NCBI GenBank assembly: GCA_050253075.1
Contig: JBFWJS010000003.1
Coordinates: forward strand, 1 to 64,000
Direction: 5' to 3'
Origin: Deferribacterales bacterium
GTDB lineage: Bacteria > Chrysiogenota > Deferribacteres > Deferribacterales > Geovibrionaceae
DNA length: 64,000 bases
Every line of letters starts with the position of its first letter. The first letter of the stretch is position 1. The notes under the pieces are model-generated. The model did no database searches, was not told the DNA's origin, and saw only the letters and a program-made list of their open reading frames with translations. Of the stretch, positions 1-8,091 are shown in pieces. A program made the translations under genes and the position numbers.

Positions 1-79
1 ATATCTGACGGATGGAAAGCTGGTTTATGTATCTTAGGCGTATTACCTCTTTGATCTCGCTCATTGTTAACCTCGTCAT
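1..79 (-). CDS. istA: IS21-family transposase IstA, N-terminus (partial)
   Basis: Translation MTRLTMSEIKEVIRLRYINQLSIRQI matches the IstA N-terminal HTH pattern; GGAGG RBS upstream. Confidence 0.7.
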   Translation of the reverse strand, partial: MTRLTMSEIKEVIRLRYINQLSIRQI

Positions 80-223
80 ATTTGCCTCCAACTTATTATT
101 GGAGGACAGTTTAAAGGTTAACCTTGCGGGCGGGAAGTGTCCGAGCTCCGCTACGGTGTCCGAAGGCCGATACAGTGTCCGACGGGAAAACGCTACGCTG
201 TCCGAATCACGCCGCTACGAGCA
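1..223 (-). mobile_element. IS21-family insertion sequence, left end (element continues out of the window)
   Basis: The minus strand begins TGCTCGTAGCGG at 223. Subterminal repeats of the form CGCTAC-GN-TGTCCGA occur at ~137-144, 148-163, 167-182 and 190-204, followed by an IstA-like start. Confidence 0.75.
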
Positions 224-472
224 CTGGATTACCGGATAACGTCGATTTAGCTCAAACAAGCAACAAAGCTGAATTACCGTCAGTGAAAGTACTTACTACA
301 CGTGTTCTACGTCATATTTCTCTATCCAACCTAAACTAGAAAATGTACAAACTATAATTTAATAAAATTTGCTATAAGTTATTTCTTTATGACAATTATA
401 AATTAGCCAAACATATTACAATATAGTTTTTATCAAATATTTATATAATTATTTTAGTCATTTTTTATTTAA

Positions 473-559
473 TTAATACACCAGAGTATTAAGTATTGAG
501 TTAACCTCTTGTTTTAAGTCTTCAGGCATGCGCACCTGTACAGTTCCGCTTTTGCTCAT
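473..559 (-). pseudogene. Truncated RelB/DinJ-family antitoxin fragment
   Basis: MSKSGTVQVRMPEDLKQEVNSILNTLVY* resembles the DinJ/RelB RHH N-terminus, has a GAGG RBS and stops after 28 codons. Confidence 0.55.
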
Positions 560-614
560 AATATTACCTCGTGTAGTTACAATGTAATTACAAGCTAATA
601 AAATATCAAGCCTA

Positions 615-645
615 AAATATAAAGGGAGCCGCCGAAGCAGCTCCC
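615..645 (-). terminator. Intrinsic terminator ending the permuted intron transcript
   Basis: GGGAGC(624-629)/GCTCCC(640-645) hairpin followed on the minus strand by TTTATATTTT. Confidence 0.7.
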
Positions 646-1615
646 ATGAGGTAGGACATGTGCCTGACATGTCCGGTATCTTAAAACCATTTACAAACGG
701 CTCAAAAGATAGAGCCTAGATTCCTTCGTCCAGCCAGCTTTTAACCGGCTCGTTTGTCCTTCGCTTACACATTGAGGAAGCCACTCCCCTCTGCTGCCGC
801 AGGCTCTTAACCTGAACGGTCGGACGCAAACGTGATCTTTTGATCAGGCTTACTACGAATCCTCCGTGCCCTGCCTGACAGTATCAGACAGGTTACATCC
901 CCGATTCAAACAAAATGCCAACAGCTTTACCTGTCCCGACATCGTGAGCTTTTACCTCACACATCCTATACAACCCCTTAGATGGCTCCTGTACTTTGAT
1001 TTTCAGCGTCGGCGCATATGCCGGCTTTATTGCAGTTTTCAGGCTACGAAGTGTCACAGATCGCCTTACTCGCACCTATTCATCAAAGTTTTATGCAGAG
1101 CTTCCTCTCGTCATCATAGTGTTTCGGGTCGCCCTCACGGGCTTTAAACCAACTGCTCCAACTGTAAAGGCTTATATGGATGACCAATCCTTTAATCCCT
1201 CTACAGCCGCCAGTTCCCTTGCAGGTTAATACTGCTCGTAGAGCATGCATTCCCCTGACCAGACGGATATTTGTTTTATCCAGGCGCACCGCTTCAAAGC
1301 GGATAAATACATGTGAACTCAACTATCGGGTCACACCCCAAGAGGCTAACCTTGGGTAGCTCCCCGTAGCTGGTTCCCGAACCGGACGTGCCCGTTTCCG
1401 TAGCATCCGGCTCTCCAGCTCTCCCCTTTATCTCACAAGAATGGCGAAGTGTCATCGGAGCTGGTCAGGCTCCGGAAAATGTGAGCTTCAGAGGTTCTGA
1501 GCGTCTGAAATGGTTTTAAAAAACCAGGCATAAATCTATATCATCAGCCCAAATGTCGGGCTGTTGGCTGGGGACTCTGCCTAGGATAAAATCAGGCTTT
1601 ACATGTGTTCCTCCA
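646..1615 (-). ncRNA. Circularly permuted group II intron (DV-DVI, 35-nt exon, DI-DIII), no internal ORF
   Basis: DV is GAGCCGGATGCTACGGAAACGGGCACGTCCGGTTC (1413-1379). DVI ends ...GTGACCCGAT at 1325. The 5' splice motif GTGCG starts at 1289. A DIII-like element GGAGGATTCGTAGTAAG...GAAGGAATC spans 865-720. The RNA termini are complementary. Confidence 0.85.
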
Positions 1616-1919
1616 GTGGACGACTTTCCGCCGTAATCAGGAACTTAATCCGAGTGAATCCCACTATAAAAAGTAGTGTTGATCAGTTTGAAGTAAATCA
1701 AAGATTGGCTGCAAGTCCTTCACGGACTCGGCAGGCTGTCAGGAGTATTTAAACTCAAAGTTATTGCATCAGTTACCGCTATGATCTATTTGGACGCAGG
1801 CTTTGTCAAGCCTGCCCACTGCATTTATATCCACTTCTTTTATGGTCAGCAAAGTGCTGACACTTATATAGTATTTTTGGCTGATGGCAGGCATTTACTG
1901 CGAAGCGCATTAATATGAC

Positions 1920-2948
1920 ATGAAAGCAGCAGACAACAGTTATTATCTTGTAAGACGTGCGCAGCTCAGAATCGTCATGCGGACTCATTTCCGCAATGGC
2001 GAGCTGTATGATATTATGAACCGTTCGGCATTCCAGCAGACCTCTGAAAAGCTGACAGATAAGTATTTCTACAGGTCAGGTGCGACGGTTTATGATGAGA
2101 TAAAAGAGCTCTACCAGCTTTATCTCGTACTTGCGCCGACAATGCAGAAGATCAAGAATTCATTCAAGGTGGACTGGACAAAAGGTCACGCTATAAGCTG
2201 GCTCCGCAGGCTTTTCAATGGCAGAGTCCGTCACTGGTATTACATTCATACAGAGCATGAGCGGCGGCATGATACGGAGTTACTGCTTAATCGCTTAAGA
2301 GATCACGGCATCGCTGATAAACGGTTTCTTGATGAAGCTATCGAAAAGTATCTGTGCTTCTGGGGTTCTGATGGATTGAAAGGTAGCCTTGCGAATTGCA
2401 TTTTTGATCCGTTCATGTACAGGGTCAAGGATTCAGGAATACGCATAGGCAGTTCCGTAATAGAGACATCACAGAGAAAGACTGACGGCTATATGGATAT
2501 TTTTGAAAAGCCTATTGAGATCATGAGCTACCATGTTGTTGTGTACGAAAAATCTGGCAGGACGCATATCAATGTGACTATCAGACCGGATGTCATCTCA
2601 GATTTTAAGAAACGCTGTGAGCTTATAATATCAACAAGGACAACTCCGCAGTACAAGCTTGTACAGCTATCCAGTCTTATAAGTCAGCTGCTTGAAACAG
2701 CGAAGTATGCAAAGGATTCTTTTTATCAGATGCGTGAGCTGCAGTCTTGGACAGATAGAAAATTCCGCAAGCTGTCTGCTACAGATAAGAAATTCAAATC
2801 TATTATTAGTAATATGACCTCTGATTTCATGGAGAAGGTGGTTTCAAAATACACATACCAGCGGACAAACTTTTTTTGGGATAAAAACCATAACGACATA
2901 CCGGAAAAGACGTTTCATATCTATTTCAGTCCATACAGGGAGCTATGA
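1920..2948 (+). CDS. Degenerate group II intron RT/maturase-like protein lacking catalytic motifs
   Basis: Segments GHAISWLRRLFNGRVRHWYY, HDTELLLNRLRDHGIADKRFLDEAIEKYL, GSLANCIFDPF and KPIEIMSYHV track the RT2a/3, RT3a, RT4 and RT7 consensus. PQG and YADD are absent. Confidence 0.65.
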   Translation: MKAADNSYYLVRRAQLRIVMRTHFRNGELYDIMNRSAFQQTSEKLTDKYFYRSGATVYDEIKELYQLYLVLAPTMQKIKNSFKVDWTKGHAISWLRRLFNGRVRHWYYIHTEHERRHDTELLLNRLRDHGIADKRFLDEAIEKYLCFWGSDGLKGSLANCIFDPFMYRVKDSGIRIGSSVIETSQRKTDGYMDIFEKPIEIMSYHVVVYEKSGRTHINVTIRPDVISDFKKRCELIISTRTTPQYKLVQLSSLISQLLETAKYAKDSFYQMRELQSWTDRKFRKLSATDKKFKSIISNMTSDFMEKVVSKYTYQRTNFFWDKNHNDIPEKTFHIYFSPYREL

Positions 2949-3361
2949 AAGTATTCAGATATAGGAAAGACCTGACCAGCTATCATTTTGAGATTAAACA
3001 TAAATTTGTTAAGGGGTTCAGGCGGCTTCACTCGCAGAATAGGGTTGAGTATCACATAGGCAGCATGCCGGATGGTTTTGGGTTTCCAGAATGGTACAGA
3101 CTTGCTGCCGGAGTTTATGAATATGCGGGACTCAACAGCCGTACAGCGGATATTGTTATTATCAGCAACACTGATTTCCGGAAGACATGTGATTACATCT
3201 ATACCCATAAGCAGACAGTTATCAGAGTGCTTTTCGAATTTTCTGCACTGGCGATTTCCGCCGCAGACGGCTATATAATTCATCACAGATTCCCATGCCG
3301 CACAATTCAGTGTTTAGGCATTGAAAGAAAACTCTTTAAACACTCATTAAAGAGTGATTAA
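2945..3361 (+). CDS. Hypothetical protein, translationally coupled to the maturase-like gene
   Basis: 138-aa ORF with an ATGA overlap on the upstream stop. Confidence 0.55.
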   Translation: MKVFRYRKDLTSYHFEIKHKFVKGFRRLHSQNRVEYHIGSMPDGFGFPEWYRLAAGVYEYAGLNSRTADIVIISNTDFRKTCDYIYTHKQTVIRVLFEFSALAISAADGYIIHHRFPCRTIQCLGIERKLFKHSLKSD

Positions 3362-3368
3362 TAAGTGC

Positions 3369-4604
3369 TTATTGGCCTGCTTTCATATGGGAGTCAATTA
3401 TCTGACTAATTGTTTTAATTGTGCTGTCACTAATGTTCAGGCCGGATGCAGTATATTGCCATTTTATTGCTGAAGTTATAACTTGATCGATTATCCGTTC
3501 AGGCTTTTTAATATTTGCCTTTGTTCCAAGCTCCTTTAAGTGTGTCAGTGTGGGCTTAAGGCTCTCGCCTGCAACAGTCATGCTCTGATAGCCGTTTGGC
3601 CCTGATGAAAATGTCAGGTCGTAAGCAGGCGATAATTTCCATTCTTTACCTTGATATAAAAATGAAAAGTTTTTGCTGTGGTCATCTCTGTTGTGCATGA
3701 TAACGTTAAAGCACGCCAGTCTGAATACGGCCTCCACTTCTCTCATGTCTTTTGTGAGCACCTGTGTGACTTTCAACAGATCGGAATAGTCCAAAGATGG
3801 AAACCTGTAGTCTGAGTGGATGAGTCCGCATAGCGAATGCATATGAATTCGCCTGCCGTTATCTCTATCGAACCTCTGCACTCCGAAATAGCTTCCGGTA
3901 CTTGTGTTAAAAAGATAAGTCTCTGGCATATCTATTCCGGAATCTTTAGCTATGACGCTGTATGCATATTCTATTCTGCCGGAGTCGGCATCATCGAATC
4001 TTGAGTTAAACTTAATTAGCCAGTCCTCATAGCCATCGGGATGATTGCTTGTTTGGGATACGATATGTTTTTTATCCGGACTTACCTTTGCAGTGATTTT
4101 TGGTCTGGCACCACCTGATGAACCGGCAAGCTGCTTCAGCTTCAGCAGTGCGTCGTCTCCTTCACCTTCCAGAATCTGCTTCATCTCTTCTGCAAGTTTC
4201 ATAAGGTCAAGATTCTCAGCAGGCTGGACATCTTCTGAATACTCAGGCTCGTATGACAATGCTCCCATCCCGTATTTACCGACGTGGCTCAGCCTGTCCA
4301 GCGGTGTAAGCAGGTGAGTTGCTATTCCATATTTTGCTGCCTGACGATCAAGAAGCATCCTTCCCCACCCATCGGGCAAGCTGTCATTGAATATGCCGTG
4401 CAGGCCATCAAACGCATTGGTATCGGCGGAAACGGCATTTGGCTGCAGGGGCAGTTTGAAAGGAGACAGTTCAAAACCCGCAGCGATAAATTCAGGCGTG
4501 TATTCAAACCAGATTTTTCTATCTCTGGAGGCAAGCCTGCCCATATGATATTTTTTATCAGCATGATAATAAACATTTAGCAGTTGTATAGGGGCATGGT
4601 TCAT
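3369..4604 (-). CDS. hipA: HipA-family Ser/Thr kinase toxin
   Basis: N-terminal couple_hipA region (DSLPDGWGR) plus GSSGGARPK, HNRDDHSKNFS and LSPAYD motifs. Confidence 0.93.
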   Translation of the reverse strand: MNHAPIQLLNVYYHADKKYHMGRLASRDRKIWFEYTPEFIAAGFELSPFKLPLQPNAVSADTNAFDGLHGIFNDSLPDGWGRMLLDRQAAKYGIATHLLTPLDRLSHVGKYGMGALSYEPEYSEDVQPAENLDLMKLAEEMKQILEGEGDDALLKLKQLAGSSGGARPKITAKVSPDKKHIVSQTSNHPDGYEDWLIKFNSRFDDADSGRIEYAYSVIAKDSGIDMPETYLFNTSTGSYFGVQRFDRDNGRRIHMHSLCGLIHSDYRFPSLDYSDLLKVTQVLTKDMREVEAVFRLACFNVIMHNRDDHSKNFSFLYQGKEWKLSPAYDLTFSSGPNGYQSMTVAGESLKPTLTHLKELGTKANIKKPERIIDQVITSAIKWQYTASGLNISDSTIKTISQIIDSHMKAGQ

Positions 4605-4897
4605 TTCTTACGTCCTCTCTTTCTTGTCTTATCCTGCGATAAGATATCATCCAATGATTTCGGCTGTTCTTTTTTATCAAATAAGTTTTCAAAATTATCC
4701 AGTAAGTCTAGTGCTAGACAGAGCTTGAGAAGCGACTCCAGAGAAATCTGTCCTGTTGATTCAAACTTTTTCAATGTGCCGAGGCTGACACCAGATCGTT
4801 CGGCAAGACCTTCTTGGGTGAGGTTTTTTCCCAGACGGGTGTTTCTCAATGAACTTCTGATATATTCAATCATTTCTTCTAAGGTTATAAAAGTCAT
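4601..4897 (-). CDS. XRE-family HTH antitoxin (HipB-like)
   Basis: RLGKNLTQEGLAERSGVSLGTLKKFE HTH; overlaps the hipA start. Confidence 0.85.
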   Translation of the reverse strand: MTFITLEEMIEYIRSSLRNTRLGKNLTQEGLAERSGVSLGTLKKFESTGQISLESLLKLCLALDLLDNFENLFDKKEQPKSLDDILSQDKTRKRGRKK

Positions 4898-5067
4898 TAT
4901 AGTATCCCTAAGAGGCAAAATATTCTATTTGTAGATATTATAATATCTATTATTCTTTGTGTCAATTGTGATGGTATTCAGCCTGCAATTCATCAGGGAC
5001 ATTTCTTTTAAGTGTTTAACCACTGCTCAGACACTGATAAAAAAGTTTAAAAAAACTGATAAAACCG

Positions 5068-5092
5068 TTTACCCCCTTATCCATTATCAGAG
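5068..5092 (+). promoter_or_regulatory. Conserved ICE operon leader motif upstream of parM
   Basis: TTTACCCCCTTATCCATTATCAGAG; related copies precede traA, traH and ssb. Confidence 0.6.
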
Positions 5093-5114
5093 TAGAAAGC
5101 AAAGGAGGTATTGC

Positions 5115-6068
5115 ATGATAGGTATAGATGTAGGGTATGGGGATGTCAAAGCCGTATATATGGAAGACGGCGAACTGAAGTATTTCAAACTGCCGACGGC
5201 GGTAGCTTATGCTCCTATGAACAGCATTGATATTGCTGACGAGACTGAGGAGAGATATAGCTTTCAGGGACGTGAATATATCGTTGGAGAATTAGCCAGA
5301 TTCGGAGCTTTTTCAACGAGGAGTTTTGATTTCCTGAAAAGGTATAGTCCTCTTTTCATTCATCACACTTTGAAGGTCTTAAAGATTGAGCCGACACATG
5401 TAGCGGCGGGGCTGCCGCTTGGTCTTTTTAATAAGAAAGATGAGATGATTAAGGAGCTGACTACTGTGCAAGTGGACGGTATCAGTATGAAGGCACAGCT
5501 CAGCATGTTTCCGCAGGCAGTAGGTATCCTGCTGGATTACCGTATGGATGACACTGGCAAGGTAAAGCCTGGGACAGCTAAAAACGGTATTATTCTGGAT
5601 ATTGGGTTCAACACCATAGATGTGCTGTGCTTTGAGAAGGGGACAGCGATCAAGGCAGACGCTAAGACTCTGGACAAATTTGGTATATCAAAGATCGTGC
5701 TGGGGCTTGTGGAGCTCATCAATAGAGAACACGGCATTCAGCTTTCGGATCAGGAGGCGAAAGAAGTTTTTCTCGCCGGACGTATGAATGTCTACGGCAA
5801 CAAAATAGACCTGACAGAGGCCATTAGGAACATCACAGAGATGTATTTTGATGAAGTAATGCACAACATCAGAAGTCTTTGGGACAAACGCCTGCAGAGG
5901 GCAGATATAATGCTACTTGCTGGCGGCGGCGCAGTTACTATTGCCAAATATGTTCCTTCTGAATATGCTAAGATTGTTTCGGTTCCCGAAAGACCGGAGT
6001 TTGCGAATGCCAGAGGCTATCTGAAAGCCGTCATGGCGAAACAGGAACAAGCTCTAAAGGCGGATTAA
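5115..6068 (+). CDS. parM: ParM/StbA-family actin-like partition ATPase
   Basis: IGIDVGYGDVK (phosphate 1), ILDIGFNTIDV (phosphate 2), LAGGGA and FANARGY motifs; AGGAGG RBS. Confidence 0.9.
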   Translation: MIGIDVGYGDVKAVYMEDGELKYFKLPTAVAYAPMNSIDIADETEERYSFQGREYIVGELARFGAFSTRSFDFLKRYSPLFIHHTLKVLKIEPTHVAAGLPLGLFNKKDEMIKELTTVQVDGISMKAQLSMFPQAVGILLDYRMDDTGKVKPGTAKNGIILDIGFNTIDVLCFEKGTAIKADAKTLDKFGISKIVLGLVELINREHGIQLSDQEAKEVFLAGRMNVYGNKIDLTEAIRNITEMYFDEVMHNIRSLWDKRLQRADIMLLAGGGAVTIAKYVPSEYAKIVSVPERPEFANARGYLKAVMAKQEQALKAD

Positions 6069-6089
6069 TATATTAACGTCAGAAGTTGG

Positions 6090-6126
6090 AAGAGGCTTTA
6101 CACTCCGCCTGTGAAGCCTCTTTTTA
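6090..6126 (+). terminator. Terminator-like hairpin between parM and the parR-like gene
   Basis: GAGGCTTTA...TGAAGCCTC stem followed by TTTTT. Confidence 0.55.
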
Positions 6127-6142
6127 TATTTAAGAGGGAACT

Positions 6143-6394
6143 ATGAAATCATACAGACTGCAGATCACTATCAAAAACGAAGAGCTTTTTAAAATGATAA
6201 TGTCCATTCCGAAAACTCAGCGTGGACAGTTTATATCTATGGCTCTTCAGAAATACATCAAAAGCACGGAAGGGGCGCAACTCCTCAGCATGTTCGCCAC
6301 TCATAAACCGAATATTGCAATGTTGCCGGATTCTGCCGAGGCAGAAGAGAACAATCGCGATAATTTGAATGATATTACGGGAGATTTTTTATGA
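6143..6394 (+). CDS. Putative ParR-like adaptor (ribbon-helix-helix)
   Basis: Small protein directly after parM with an RHH-like N-terminus (IPKTQRGQFISMAL) and an acidic tail. Confidence 0.6.
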   Translation: MKSYRLQITIKNEELFKMIMSIPKTQRGQFISMALQKYIKSTEGAQLLSMFATHKPNIAMLPDSAEAEENNRDNLNDITGDFL

Positions 6395-6591
6395 AAGAGA
6401 TGACACTTGGGCAGGCACTCAGATTTTATATAAATAAAGCAAACCTTACTCAGGCCGATGTGTGCAGAGAAACAGGACTTTCCGCAAGCCGTCTCTGCAA
6501 CTATCTTCAGGATGCAAGAGAACCCGACTGGCAAACACTTTGCATGATTGTGGATACTATTGGTGTTAAGTTAGATGATCTGCGTATATGA
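6391..6591 (+). CDS. XRE-family HTH regulator
   Basis: LTQADVCRETGLSASRLCNYLQDAREP HTH. Confidence 0.8.
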   Translation: MKEMTLGQALRFYINKANLTQADVCRETGLSASRLCNYLQDAREPDWQTLCMIVDTIGVKLDDLRI

Positions 6592-6671
6592 CTTCAAGCA
6601 TGAGTTGGTGTTGAAAAAAACAATAACTGCGTTTATATTGGAATTATATTCCATATTAAACGGAGAGTTTT

Positions 6672-7874
6672 ATGTATAAGCGCACTATGGAAAAGGTGAT
6701 AAAGCAGGTGAGCGACAGCTTTCCTGTGCTTCTTGTTACAGGGCCCAGGCAGGTGGGAAAGACTACACTGCTTGAGATGTGTTCAGAAGGACACATGCAA
6801 TATGTCACACTTGATGATCTTGATATACGCAGTCTTGCGCAGAATGACCCTGGGCTTTTTATCCAGACATACAAGACGCCGCTTATTATTGACGAAGTTC
6901 AGTATGCTCCACAGCTGTTTTCATACATAAAAATAGCTGTGGATAAAGGTAGAAAGAATGGTATGTTCTGGCTGACAGGTTCGCAGAAATTCAGCCTTAT
7001 GAAGGGTATAACTGAGAGTTTGGCAGGCAGAGTGGCTATACTTGATCTGCTTGGTCTTTCAGGCGCAGAGCTTAGTTCCAATGGTGATACATCAAAACCT
7101 TTCCTACCTTCAAATGATATTGCTAAAAGACCATTCAAAGATGTTATGGAGATTTTTCAGCAAATATGGCTCGGCTCTTATCCTCGTGTGAATGATAATC
7201 CCGACACCAGAGATATTTTTTATCGTTCGTATATTCAGACTTATATACAGAGGGATGTTAAGGACATACTCAACATAACAGATGAAATTACATTTCATAA
7301 GTTTCTGGGAGCAGTGGCAGCGAGGACAGGACAGCTTCTGAACTATGCCGATCTTGCCAGAGATGTATCTATAGACAATAAAACAGCCAAGTCATGGATA
7401 TCAGTGCTTGAGGCGTCTGGGCTAGTGTATCTTCTTTATCCGTACCACAGCAATGTAACTAAAAGAATAGTGAAAACTCCTAAGCTGTATTTTCTTGATA
7501 CTGGACTTGGCACTTATCTTACCAAGTGGACTGACAGTAAGTCTCTGGAGGCAGGGGCTATGAGTGGTGCTATTTTTGAGACTTATGTAGTCAGCGAGAT
7601 TCTTAAAAGCTATTGGCATAATGGGCTGGAGGCTAATTTATATTTTTATAGGGATATTGACCAGAAAGAGGTTGACCTTTTAATTGAGGCAAACGGTATG
7701 CTTTATCCTGTGGAGATTAAGAAGACCGGAACCCCTTCAATGACAGCGGCGAAAAGCTTCCATTTGCTGAGTAAACTGGATAAACCGATTGGGAAAGGTG
7801 CTGTCATATGCTCCATTGATAAGCTTATCCCTCTCTCTCCAGATGTTGTTGCAGTACCTGTCGGATGGCTTTAA
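6672..7874 (+). CDS. AAA+ ATPase with DUF4143 C-terminal domain
   Basis: GPRQVGKTT, IIDEVQ, LTGSQ, KTPKLYFLDTG and EVDLLIE...PVEIK motifs. Confidence 0.88.
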   Translation: MYKRTMEKVIKQVSDSFPVLLVTGPRQVGKTTLLEMCSEGHMQYVTLDDLDIRSLAQNDPGLFIQTYKTPLIIDEVQYAPQLFSYIKIAVDKGRKNGMFWLTGSQKFSLMKGITESLAGRVAILDLLGLSGAELSSNGDTSKPFLPSNDIAKRPFKDVMEIFQQIWLGSYPRVNDNPDTRDIFYRSYIQTYIQRDVKDILNITDEITFHKFLGAVAARTGQLLNYADLARDVSIDNKTAKSWISVLEASGLVYLLYPYHSNVTKRIVKTPKLYFLDTGLGTYLTKWTDSKSLEAGAMSGAIFETYVVSEILKSYWHNGLEANLYFYRDIDQKEVDLLIEANGMLYPVEIKKTGTPSMTAAKSFHLLSKLDKPIGKGAVICSIDKLIPLSPDVVAVPVGWL

Positions 7875-7896
7875 GAGAACCCCATTGGCAAAACAT

Positions 7897-8030
7897 AGCA
7901 CGGAAGGGGCTCAGCTCCTCAGTATGTTTGCCACCCACCAGCCGGACATTGCAATGTTGCCGGAATCTACTGAGGCAGAAGATAACAATAGCGACAATTT
8001 GGGTGCTATTGCTGGAGATTTTTTATGAAA
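7897..8030 (+). repeat. Diverged direct repeat of the parR 3' end (first copy 6263-6396)
   Basis: Both copies run AGCACGGAAGGGG...GGAGATTTTTTATGAAA and encode near-identical peptides STEGAQLLSMFATH...GDFL. Confidence 0.9.
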
Positions 8031-8091
8031 AAGTCAAATCACACTTGAACTGAGGCATATTAGTTTTAGAGAAACCTAAATAAGTAATGGT

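Noticed and set aside
137..223. Short spaced repeats (TGTCCGA) resembling a mini-CRISPR
   Set aside because: Spacers are only a few bases long, no cas genes are present, and the position before an IstA-like start fits IS21 terminal repeats.
866..1322. Short ORFs 866-1147, 893-1075, 996-1229 and 1083-1322
   Set aside because: They overlap the structured intron RNA and show no recognisable protein features.
1920..2948. Active reverse transcriptase (retron, DGR or Abi-type)
   Set aside because: No YADD-like motif is present, and no template/variable repeat pair or msr-msd was recognised.
5033..5065. Two ACTGATAAAA copies upstream of parM as a parC centromere
   Set aside because: Only two copies in A-rich DNA; too weak to call.
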